From: Peribolospora baueri
Lineage: Eukaryota
Length of the DNA stretch: 64,000 nucleotides
Assembly (NCBI GenBank): GCA_029717555.1
Contig: JAMDHS010000018.1
Span: 62,001 to 126,000, forward strand
Direction of reading: 5' to 3'
How positions within the stretch are numbered: position 1 is the stretch's first letter; each line of letters begins with the position of its first letter. This document shows, in pieces, positions 12,387-24,338 of this stretch. Under the pieces are notes generated by a model. It searched no databases, was not told the origin of the DNA, and saw nothing but the letters and a program-made list of their open reading frames with translations. A program made the translations under genes and the position numbers.

Positions 12387-15300
12387 TCATTCCTCCGTCT
12401 TCATCTCCCCCGGCACATACTCTCGCCTGTCCTCCTCGTCCCCCTTCTCCCGCGCGGCCGACGCGATCGCGTGCACCTTGCGGTCGTCCCTGCGAATAAA
12501 AATGTCGTCGATCTCCTCCAGCGTCTTGTTCGCTGTGTTTCATACGCACACAGGGAAACACGACCCGGCAGACGAGCAAGTAAGAAGGCAGGGTCAGGAG
12601 ACGCACGCCTAGTCGTGCACGAGCAGTCTCCGGTCTCGCACGGTGCCCGCAAGCCGCCATGCCATCACTTACCTGTTTCCGGATAATAGTACCACAAGAT
12701 GGGAACAAAGACAGCGTTGAAAATGCCGAACATGACGTACGTCTTCCATTGGATATTCGCGATCCTGATGGATCCGCGACACGGCACGGCAGCGGCCCAA
12801 CGCGTCAGCTCCCTGAAACGACGAAACGGAGGGCGGATCTACTCACGCTGGTGGAGTAATCTGGACAATGATAAAGTTGCAGATCCAATTCACCGCCGTG
12901 GCAAGCGCACCGGCTCGAGCTCGAAGTCTGAAAGGCGTCAAAAGGAAGAGAAGGACGGCGATGTTCGCGACGAAGACTTCGGTGTCAGTCGTTTTAATCC
13001 TTGCACGATGTCGTATCCGAGTCCTACCTCCCTATCCGTCGCTTCGAGGTATGGCTCACCGAAGAGGCAAAAGTTCCGGTCCGTACATCCATGGTGTCTG
13101 GCGATGTACGAATCGAAGGCGAAGCCAAAATCGAAATGAGTGACTGATCGTATCATGGTAAACACGAGCAACCGTCGTAGTTCCATTCACTCACCCCCAG
13201 ATAGCAGGTACCAAAAATGGCTGGTCAAACGGGAGATTAAAACAGGGAGAAGGGCGACGGAGATCAGCCAGCTGAGCCGACGACTATGGCGGACGTGGCT
13301 AGGGACAGCCGTAGCCTCTCACCGATATAGGTGAAAAAGAACGTGACGGCCGCCTTGGAGGCCACCGGGTTGTTCAAGCTGAGCAGGATGGCGGCGAGGA
13401 ACATGCTGATGGCCTGAACGCTTGACGCGACCATGAACGGCTTTGGCCTTCCGAACCGGTCCAGGAAGAGAAGGGGATAGATAGAGGCGAGGAAGAAGAC
13501 TACGCCGTTCAATCCGCCAACGAGAAGTGCGGTATCTCGGCTCATGCCCACGGACTTTTGCAAAAGGATAGGAATATCTAAGGGGGGAATTGAGGATGAA
13601 AGTGGCAAGGTGAGCCCTATATCTCCGATGCCATAGGATTGCCGAGGTAGATGGGTTCAATGGATGACTTACAATCTAGGGGAGAAGCCGCGAATCATCC
13701 GGCGGCGAAAAGAGGGTGGTAGCAGGGGGAAACGAGCGCCCAGGGAGTGAGTGACTAGCGACGTGCCTTCCGATCCTGCGCGCAAGACCGCACTCACAGA
13801 CCAAGGCGTTGCACCCGGACATCTGCTGGAAGACGTTGATGCCGCAGGCTAGCAAGACCCTCTTCCTGTTCTGCGTCTCGTTGTTCGCCCATAGCTCCTT
13901 CCACTTCAGCGGGCCCCCCTCAGCTTCAGCGTCGAGCGCGGCCTGGATGTCTGCTTGGCGGGCAAGCACGACTTCGTCGGCTTTGGTTGACGTTTTGGAC
14001 TCGAGCGCGGCGAGCACGGAGAGCGCCTCGTCCGTGTAACCGTGGGCTTGGAGCCAGCGGGGAGATTCGGGCAGGAAGAAAAGCTAAATGTCCGACGTGG
14101 CGACCAAAGGCGGGAGGAGGGAAGGCTCCAACTCAGTCTTCCTTTCTCTCTCCGAGTTTGCTCCGATTTACTGGAGAAGTGCACGACTGGATCAACCAGA
14201 GCGGACGGCAGATAGTGTACTCACCATGGACAGTGTGACGAGGGCGAAGACTATCTGGAAGCCGACGGGGAACCGCCACTGAACGGGGCCGCTAGGGTCG
14301 CGTTAAAACAGGACCGAGGGTGAGTGATGATCCGACACGAAAGTAGATAGCTCGCGATGCTCACCTGTGCTTCGACATGCCGTAATCAAACCAATACGAC
14401 AGAGCAATGCCTCCCCTGACAGAATCGGGTGGTGAGAGGTGAGCTGCGCTCGACGACCTTTTTCAACCGCACTTGGTATGGAAAGTCCAACTTTCACTTG
14501 TCCACTATGGACCTACCCGATCATGGACCCTTGGAAAGACAACACGCGTCCTCGTCGATGCGGTTTCGCCACCTCAGCGTTCCACATGGGGAATGTGGCA
14601 GCGTTCAAGCCGTTCCCGAAACCAGTGACGATGCGAGCGACGATGAGTTGAGCCCTGCTGAAGGACGAGCACTGCAAAGCGGCGCCGATGATCTGAGTCG
14701 CATCATAAGTGCGGAATAGAAGAAACGTCAGATGAACGCTGTAGAACCGTGGTAGGCGAGAGCCGGCCTTGTCTCTACCAAACGTCGCCCCAATGCTACT
14801 CGCCATAATGGTCAACCCGAGCATTCCCGTCTTCCGCCGACCCAACCCTTCTGCGAACACGGCGGTGAACAGCTGAAAAGGAAGCGCATGAAAATGAGCG
14901 TGTTGGGAGGCGAGACGGCGAGGAGAGCACAACTGGAGGAATTGCGAGGAGGCCCACGAGGGACGGCGACACTCACAGCGCCAATGAGACAGCCGATGTC
15001 ATCTAGGAGAAGCGGACAAGGATCATGGAGACGGGGAAGGCGGTACGAATACGGTCAGATTGAACGAGAGCCGGGAAGCCGAGCTTGGACCAATGAGACC
15101 CACAAATGGCGACGATAGTTCCCTGGAGTCCGGAACTCGGGTTATTGAACTGTTTCAAAAACTCCGGTCCGTCGATGATGCCGGACAAGACGCCTTGTCG
15201 ACGGGACGTCGAGAAGTGGAGATGCGTATGTCAAGAAGAGCACAGGCAGATGGGGTGCGTCAGTAAACAGCGCAGGGACATCACTGAGGAGCAAATGTCG

Positions 15301-15441
15301 CAGGTGAAGATCCGCTTAAACACCTTGGTCGTAGCCGAGGAGTAAGAAGGCAGAGGAAGAGGCGACGGTGATGGCCGCGATAAGACTTGAGCCTCGTGCC
15401 CCGAAGAAATATCGGCGAGGCTCCATGTCTGAATTCGACAT
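12387..15441 (-). CDS. MFS sugar porter (hexose/polyol transporter)
   Basis: FLLLGYDQG, ARIVTGFGNGLN, QWRFPVGFQ, LPESPRWL, FQQMSGCNAL, LDRFGRPK, WYLLS, PETGDCS...KTLEEID-type motifs; many introns. Confidence 0.9.
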
Positions 15442-16378
15442 GGCTCAGCCTGAAGGGGGAAAGAAAAAAGGGAGAGAGGCCGGGGCGGGTAAGGGGGAGG
15501 GTGGTAGGGCAGAGCGAGGCCCCTTGGATCCCTGCCCGGGCTCGACGTTTTATGTGTTCTCGCTGACCCCGTGTCAGCTCTGGCGAGGGAACCAGAGAAC
15601 TGGGTCTGGGCGATTAAGCGAGCTAGCCGCGAGACGTGGTGGACGTGCTTGCTTGTTCGCCACGCACGTCCCTGCGAGAAGCGACGAGAGATGAAAAAGC
15701 CGCGAGCCATCTTTGCGGGAGCGGGCTGGGGCCCCTCGGCAGAAGCGGTGGGGAGCGGGGGCGGGGGCTCGCGGGACGAAAGCAGATGTGCGGGCTAGTT
15801 GCTCTGCGCTGGTTACTCTGCGCTGATCAGACTGAGACCAATTACATCGGTCGAACGCAAGCGGACGCCGTCGTGTCTTTCTTCTCGATCTCGGCCTTGT
15901 CGAGCAAGAAAACGCCGAAGGCCGATACCGACGCCAACGACTGGCGTCTGACAGGGACCGGCGGTGTCTGTTTGCGCCACAGCCCTCGCTCGGTGTTTTG
16001 GTTTTCCCTTACCGAGGCCGAGCTAGCGACGTTCCACGTCCTATCTGTGGGCAGACAGACGGCGAGATGGATGGGAGGAAAGGGAGGAACTTGGCGCAAA
16101 TGGGCAATCATGTTCCTCCTTTGCAGATCTCCCTCCGCCTGTTTTCCAACCTCGGCCATCGGTCTCCTTTTGGTGTCTTTCCCCGGGCGGACCGCGTTGA
16201 CGTCGTCGGGGAACCTGGGGGAGGCTCGTGCACATTTCAGACGAGCGTCGGGGAAGGCGACGATGTTTTCTTCCCACTTCCTCTATTCACAGACTCTTCG
16301 TCCTTCCTCGCCCTCTCCTCGCTCGCTCCAACCGCCCATCAATCACTCTCTCGAGCCGTCCATCTAGCTCCTTCCGCC

Positions 16379-17839
16379 ATGGCATCCGCTTCTTCGGTAA
16401 GCGTAAGCGAAGCCGTGTCAGTGAGCAAAGGTGGAGAATGCCTCGCCAACCCATCGAAGCACCCTTCATATCCTTCTCCCCGCTTTTTGCTCCCAGCAGA
16501 AGACCATTCCCGAGGTGCGTTCTCGGTCGCTCCAAGTCCGCGTTGCAGTGCAGCGATGAGACTGCAGACAAGGCAAGCGCAAGCGTGAGCGAACGCTCAT
16601 GCTCAATTCACCCTCGCCCACTTCTACCCCAGTTTACTCTCTCGGGCAAGGTAGCCGTCGTGACCGGTATGTTCTGCGGACGCGACAAGCGTCGGTCGTC
16701 CAGCTTTGCGTGTATACTGCAATCTCGTTCCGTTTCGCTCGTGCTGGACTCAACCCCTCGTCCACCGTTTTCGTCTTCCCAGGCGGCGCTCGAGGCCTGG
16801 GGCTCACCATGGCCCGGGCTATGGCAGAGTCGGGCGCGGACCTCGCTGTGCTCGACGTGCTGCCCGCTTCCGAGGCACTCTGGTCTATCCGAGAACTTGG
16901 AGTTCGGGTTGAGTACTTTAAGTGAGTTTTAGTCGCGCCGTCGTGTCGTGCCCGGAACTCGTACGGGGCTCGTGTCTCATCCATTTCTCTCGTCAAATTC
17001 AACCTCGCCTTCGCTTTTTACACTGCCTTTTTGCAGATGCGACGTGACGTCGGAAGCGGAGGTCAATGCGGCGGTCGAGCAAGTCCGCGCCAAGCTCGGC
17101 GGCATCCACGTCTGTCTTACCGCCGCCGGCATCGTGCGCGACGTGCCGTTCCTGCAGCACTCGCTCTCGGACCTACAGGTCCAGCTCAACGTCAACATCG
17201 TCGGCACCTGGCTCGTCGCTCAGGCGTGCGCCAAGGTCATGGTTGAGCAGGGCAAGGGTGGGAGCATCATCTTTATCGCCAGCATCACCTCTCATCAGGT
17301 GCGTCCCCTTCTGCTCCCCCCGGGATCGATTTTCCGCGACGAGGGTTGACCCCCACTCGACGTTAACTTCGAACCGATCCATCTGTCCACCTCCGTCATC
17401 TCTCTCAGGCCGCTCCCCAACAACGCATCGCCGGCTACTGCGCCACTAAGGCGGCCGTACGAGGTCTGCTCAAGCCTCTCGCCATGGAACTTGCGCCTCA
17501 CCGCATCCGTGTCAACTCCATCAGCCCCGGCTGTGAGCACATATACCGTACCCGCGCCGAAATTGCAATCGTCCTCGACTTCTTTCGCATCAGGCTGACT
17601 TTCCCCTCCCCTTTTCTCCACTCTTTCCCCTCGCCCCGACAGACATGAAGACGGACATGACAAAGGCCCTCGGCGAGTCGAACCCAGAGCTGATCCGCGC
17701 CTTCGAGAAGGAGGGCATGTTCGGGCGCATGGGCGAGCCGGACGAGCTGCGCGGGCCCGTCGTCTACCTTGCCTCAGACGCCAGCGGTTACCAGACCGGC
17801 CAGGACATCTTGGTGGACGGCGGTGTGAGCGGATGGTGA
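16379..17839 (+). CDS. Short-chain dehydrogenase/reductase (D-arabinitol/sorbose reductase-like polyol dehydrogenase)
   Basis: FTLSGKVAVVT|GGARGLG Rossmann motif, GGSIIFIASI, catalytic YCATK, IRVNSISPG|YMKTDMT, YLASDASGYQTGQDILVDGG. Confidence 0.9.
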
Positions 17840-18490
17840 TGATGTTGAACGACGTTAGTGAAGGGATGAAGCGACATGTACGTTCCTTGCCTAGAAAGAA
17901 GGGAAATAAAAGTGGAAATTCCAATAACGGAGTGAGGACGGCCGTCTCAAACTGCCCGTCTCACCAGAGTGTCAAGCCGTGCTGTGAGCCCCTGTCCAGT
18001 AAAGTAAGATTTGCACGACGCTGGACATGTTACCGAGGGCGTTCGCTGCTCCAGGTAAGTGATTGGCCCTGAACAGTACCCCCTTTCTCCCTTCATAAGT
18101 TGGGACAGTCGGCAGCCGGAGCAGTCCCAGAGGAGCGGCACCGTCGGTCAAGGTATCAATGAAGAATATCCTTGCCCAACCACTTTTATGTCATCCTCTC
18201 TCTTTCTTTACCCACGGTCCACGTCCATCTCAGAACCACAGACGATATCCGTTCGGATGTGAGATGGATGTAATTGGTCATAGCAGATGCAGCAAGGGTA
18301 AGACGACAGGGCGCCTGTGCCGCGTGGACGTACCACATACACCCGAGAAAAAATGATCGCCCGAGGGGAGAACGCAAAGGGAAGCGCGGCCACCAAACCG
18401 GCTTCGCCCGCCGTCCGGGCCATACAGCTTTTGATGCAGGAAGGAGTACATACAGCGATCCGGAACCAGGAACAAGATTGCCGCCGTCGT

Positions 18491-19867
18491 TTACTCCTTG
18501 ATCTTGGTCGTACCGCGAAGGAGACCGGTGCGGCGAGCGGCGATGAGACCAGCCTCTGCAGACAACCGAGTCGGAATGGAGAACAATCGTTCTCGTTAGC
18601 ATGGACGAGACCTCGGGTAGTCGTAAAGCAGCGAAGAAACGTACTCTGGCCACTGGAGCTGTCTCGGCGAACCGTGGACGAGTGTCCAATGTGCTGGTGG
18701 TTACCACCACCGTGCGGGTGGTCAACCGGGTTCATGGCCACACCACGGGTCCTGTGAGGAGAGACAAGAGTAAGTCAGAATACATCATCGAGGAAGAACG
18801 AGGGAAGACGGTGGGATAACTCACTTCGGCCAAGACTGTTAAAGTTGCGCAGTACGAGGAGGGAAGGGAAAAAATGAAATAGTGAGCAATCGTCGGGGCA
18901 CAACGACGTAAAGTCACAATCAAAATGGAGACACACGTTGCGCTGTGGGGGGAGGAAAAAAGGACAAAGGACAGATGAGCTTCGTGTCTACTGCAGAACT
19001 TGGAAAGCAGGATTGCGTCGACTCACCTTCCTCTTCATGAGGTGGAACTTGCGACCGGCCTTGAGGAAGGGCTTGTCGATCCTGCCGCCACCAGCGACGA
19101 TACCAATGGTGGCACGAGCAGAGCCAGAGATAGTTTTCTTGGCGCCAGAGGGGAGCCGAATGCGGCTCTTGTTGTTCTCGGCGTCGTGGCCGATAACAGT
19201 GGCGTAGTTGCCGGAGGTGCGAGCGAGCGCGCCGCGGTCGCCGGCCTTCTCCTCAACGTTGCACACAATGGTACCCTCAGGGCACTGCGAGAGGGGGAGG
19301 ACGTTGCCGACCTGGAGGCTGGCCTTCTTGCCGGCGTAGACGAACGAGCCAGTGGCCATGCCCTCAGTGGCGATGAAGGTTTCCTTGCGAATCTTGTAGC
19401 GGTAGGGGTCGCGGAAGTAGACACGGGCGAGAGGAGCACCACTGAGAGAAAAAAAGTCACGAGGTCCAATCAGCATCGGCAGCTCGAGCTGGCAATTCCA
19501 GGACCTATGTGTTTCCGGTCGCATACGCCTACGTTCGGGCGACCTCAAATGCTCTTCTCCTTCCGTCCCTCATAGGAGAGTGGCCATCGAGTCGAACCCT
19601 CATTGATAACACTCAAACGGCGAAAGCTTTATCGCCGCTACCGCACCCCCCACCGCCCTCTCCATGCCACCGTCTGCTCCTGACGATTGCCGCGCGTCCA
19701 ACTACTCACCGACCGGCGTCGTGGATGATGTCCTTCACAACACCGCGGATGTAGCCATTGCGCTCGGCAAAGTCGAGCGGGCGGAGCTTGGCAGGCGCCT
19801 TGTTGTGCTTGGTGTGGGCCTTGAAGATGCCGCCCGACTTACGCTGGTTCCTGATCACCCTTCCCAT
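18491..19867 (-). CDS. RPL2: 60S ribosomal protein uL2 (L2/L8)
   Basis: [19 protein letters not shown]..., [47 protein letters not shown]. Confidence 0.98.
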
Positions 19868-20689
19868 GGCTGGCTGGCTAAGCTGGTAGGTGACGGACGA
19901 CGAGGTGTTTTTTGAGCTTGACGGCTTGAGCGGTCGACCGATTCGATCTGCTTGGGCGTGGTCAGTGAACGCTCGCCGCAACTACCGGGCTTCGTGCCGC
20001 AGTCGCGCTGGCACGAATGAGCTGTACAGGTGACAATAGTAGGGTTAGCAAAACATCCCCTACAGCGAGGGAAATTGAGTACGTATTTTAAAAATGCTGT
20101 ATTTATTATCAAGTACTTAACACCTCGAGTCCGAGAGCGATATCCTGAGACGAGTTGAGCAATTCACGTGCACTCTCCCCACTCATGCGAAGCGAGTCTA
20201 CAGCTCTTGAAAGTAATCAAGGCGTGAGGGAGAGAGAGAGAGAACGGCCTCGGGCGGACATGCGAACAAATCGGGCAAGACGATGGTTCGACCGAGAGCA
20301 TAACAAGAGGAAAAGATGTCGAGGGCAGATAGGACGGAAGACGGTAGTAAGGTAGCTAGGTAGGCAGAGAGGGAGGCAGACGGGGGACTAGCTTACAGCG
20401 CAAATCTCAGGCTAGATGCATACTCCGCTTTAATGTACGTTTACAAAGTATCAATCAAACGATCGGGGGGGGGGGGGGGGGGGCGAAGAAAGAAAAGACG
20501 GTGGAAATCGTCGCACCACTCGCTCGCTCGCTCGGCACCGGACAAGATACGATCAGATAGACGGCGACGAGCCAAGAATGAAGGAACGAGAATAGATCAG
20601 GACAAGTCCCAGAGCGACGAGCGCGGGCCGAAAGCGAGGTGCGAACGAACGTCGGTTGCCGTGCCGTGCGGTGCGAGCCTCAAATGAGG

Positions 20690-23600
20690 TCAGGATTTCT
20701 CATACGGCGACGGCGGCCACATGGAAGGCGAACCGGCCGGGATGGAGGCAGAAGAAGAAAAGGAGGCTTCGGCGACGGGCGTCGCCGACCCTCCGCCACC
20801 GCCCTCGCCCTCTTTCCCAGCCGTCCTTTTCTTTGCCTTGCGGTTCTGTGAGCGCGAGTACCTCAGGCCACAGGCGTTGCACAGGGTCTTGTGGCCCTGC
20901 GGTCCTCGTCGCCACTCCGGGCTATTGCTCGTGCCACACGAGATGCATGATTTCGTCTGCGCCGCCGCCGCCGCCGCCACCGCGGCGAGCGTCGCCACCG
21001 AGCCGCTGCCTGTCGATGACCCCACACCACTCGCGCCAACCGCTCCACCCCCGGACACCGGCACGGAGGGCCCGGATGATGTGGAAGACGCAGCGTTGGC
21101 CGCCTGTCGTCGCCCTCCGGCGCCGGCATAGGGAGACGTGCCTCCGAACGAATCGCTGCGCTGCTCCAAGCCAGGCCCAAACTCCCACGCCGGGTCCCGA
21201 GCCCTTTTCTTGCTAGAGCCAACCCGGCCATCCGAGCCGTCCGTGGAGGACTGTCGGGAAGGGCTGGGGGCGGTGAGATGGCTCTCGTCGAAGGGCTTGA
21301 TTTGACCGCCTCGCTGATTCCGAGGCAGAAACTGCTGGTAAGTCGTCTGGAAGCACGCCAAGATGACCGAACCATACGGGATAAGGACGCTTTCTATGCT
21401 CCGGAGCATGCCCTCGGTCGTGACGGTATGCTTGGCACGGAACCTCCGCGTGCATGAGGTGCGCGCATCCGAGGAACCGGACCCGGGCGTGAGGCTGACC
21501 CCTTGAGCGAGATTGGCATAATCCTCCGCAAAGTAAGAGCCGTCGCCGTACGAGATGGTGTTGGCACCGGTGCTCGAACAGGTGGGCGAAGGCGCGGGCT
21601 TGTAAGGGTCTTTGCTCTCTAAAAATCGAGGCTGGGGCCAACTGAACAGGATATCAAACTTGTTCCCGCTGGACAGGACCTGGAAGACGTGCTGTGGAGG
21701 CTGCCCATGCCCCCGCGGCTTCGCCGCCCCAGGCGCCGAATGTATATTTTTCCAGGCCATTTGACATTGCTGAGTTTAAAGAAAGACGGGCAGAATCAGA
21801 TGACCGAGTTCGAACGAGATGTGGACTGGCCTGCACTGTAGAGCGACAAACGCTCACCTCGGCGTCGAACGCGCCCTCTGGAGTGCCACACCAATTCGTC
21901 CAATCCGTCTTGCTCTCCTCGTTGTTGTCGTCCGGCCTTTTGTCTATGATGCCGGTCATATCAACGCGGGGATACGAGAGATGAGCGAACGGATTCTGGA
22001 TGATGAGGCGACCGCGGCCCGTCACTCGACCCTCATCCATGCTCACCGATGATGGCATGGAAGAAGCAAAGCACGAGCCCCTCGCCAACCCAATTGATCA
22101 CAATGTCGATCGGAATGTAGTTCTCGTCGAGCACGACCAAGTGGGCTTCGTCGGACGTCGGGGCGCTCTCGCAGCCCAGCTTCTCGCGGATGCGGGGCAC
22201 GCGAAGATAGCGACATCTATGCGGACGGGCGGGTGGTCATCAACCGGGAAGCGATGGGTGGCAGGGCGTTCCGGTCAGTTGACATGTACCAAGCGCATTA
22301 ATGAGTCCTTCAGGCGGCCAACACAGGCGTTCCTTTGGACGTAAGAGGAACGACTACAGACGGTGCGACCGGGTCCCTTGCTGAAGGCAGCAGCCGTCCG
22401 ATGCTCACCTAGTGACGCTCCCAAACAACGTCCGGCTTTCGACGATGTCCCTGAGGTCTTTGCTTGCGCGCTCCCTCTCGTCTGGGTGACAGAAGTCGAC
22501 GATCGGCCTGCCTATCATCGCAGGGGCCTGCTCAGCGACGTGGGCCTGGAGGACGGGGTCAAGATAGAGGAAGGAGAGCGCAGGGGCGGAGAGGAGGGCC
22601 CAGTCTGCGCGAAAAAAAGACAGAATGGGAGAAGGGGACGATGCGAAACATGAGCATGCGCGAGTAGCACGGACGTAAGCTGAACGTTCGATCCGATCTG
22701 GTGCGGTGAAAAGGGCCGCGCAAGAACGGTATGCGGTTGATCGACTGATCGACGGGTGATCGAGCGAGCCACGCGGGCCGACCTTTTCCACCGATCACGA
22801 CGAGATCACCACGAACGCGTAAAAAAAGGCAAGGGGGGCGGCGGGCGAAGAACGGCATGGCGAGGACAGAGCTCGTGAAGAGGGGGGACAGACGGACGAA
22901 CGGACGGATGGATGGATGGATAGATGGATGGAGGACGTGCACTCACAGCACCGCGTCTTGCCCAGTTCGGCTTTGGGTGTCGTCGTGGGGGTGGTCGAGT
23001 CGCGATCGGCGGTTGCGGAACGAGGGAAGGGGGATGTCTCGCCGTCGTAGACGCTGACCGAGAGACCCTCAGCATGGAGCGCCTGCAGGCTGCCGGCGTG
23101 GACGGCGCCGCCGGGCGGAGGGTGGTGGTGATGGGACGCCTGTCTGGGCGGCGTGGCGAACGTCTGGCTAGCCGAGACACCGTACGGTCCGCCAGCCGGG
23201 CTTTGCTGTGGTGGTGGTTGTTGTTGCCCGCCTTGCTGCTGGGCGTGAGAGTAGGTGGCGTACGACCCTGGCGGCGTAGGATGGAGATGGTAGGGTGAAC
23301 CAGGTACGGCGGAGGGCGGTGCCGGAAAGGGAGAGAAGGGCGCAGGCCCAGCCAAGGAGGGATCGATGGCGTAGCCAGAGACACCTCCCGCCGGCGGAGG
23401 ATGAAGATGATATGGCGAGCCCGGCGCGGCGGTTGCTGCCGCTGAGAAAGGAGAGAAGGAGGAAGGCCCTCCCAAGGAAGGATCGATGGCCATCATACTG
23501 GTCGAGCCCGTCGAGCCGGTGGTGTGGAGGGAGGAATTGGAAGGACTCGATACGGATCCGGAACGAACATGGCCGGGGTTTCCATGGTGGGAGCCTTCAA

Positions 23601-23829
23601 CATTGTCTTTGTCGTTGTCGTTGTCGTTATCGTCGCCGTCGTCTCCATCGCCAGCGCGGGGAGGGGGGGTGGAGTGGCGGAGGGAGCTGACGGGGGTGCC
23701 GATGGTGGGCGTGCTGACGCCGTGATGGGCGTGGGGAGTGCGGGAAAAGGTAAAGTAGGAGCCGCCGCCAGAGCCAGCTCCTGCTGAGGAGGAGGGCGTC
23801 ATTGCCGGCGCGAATGGCGAGCCAGGCAT
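20690..23829 (-). CDS. PAS-domain GATA-type zinc-finger transcription factor
   Basis: C-terminal CISC-x18-CNAC finger (SPEWRRGPQGHKTL) and a PAS-like segment FLYLDPVL...IVDFCHPDERERASKDL; low-complexity N-terminus. The start codon is tentative. Confidence 0.85.
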
Positions 23830-24338
23830 GATGGTAGCGGGCGATGGCGATGGCGATGGTGCGTATTCAGAAGAAGGAAGCAAGCAAGGCGCGCGCACAG
23901 TCGTCGGTGGGGGAGAGGCAGAACGATGGACGGGAGGAGGGGAGGAGGGGACGATACCTGATCGGAGCGGCGAACAGCGCACATAGGCGGCGCTCCGATC
24001 GCGTACCCGACGGATCCTCGCACGCTCACGTAATAAGAAGCAAGGCGGGCACGCCACACGTGCAGAGAGAGAGGCCCCCTTCCTCGGCTCTCGCTCTGCA
24101 TCTTCTTGAGCAATGTGCACTATATACGACCGTTCCAGCCAAGATCGGCAAACCACTACGAAACGATATCAACATGAAAACACGGTAAGACCAGGGACGG
24201 ACGACGAGTGAGACGGAACGGGACAGAAGGGGACAATCCCCGACGGACGGCAGACTCAAGATCAAGATAATTAAGGACACCGTCAGCATAGGGTCGAGCC
24301 CAGATCGATGATACGCAACTCCACGTGCCCATCTTCTC

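Noticed and set aside
18754..18824. TGATG...CTGA in an RPL2 intron as a C/D snoRNA
   Set aside because: The boxes are only a few bases apart and the intron is too short; CTGAC is the branch point.
20690..23829. Naming the PAS-GATA protein White Collar-2
   Set aside because: PAS plus a C-x2-C-x18-C-x2-C finger is compatible, but orthology cannot be established without a phylogeny; left unnamed.
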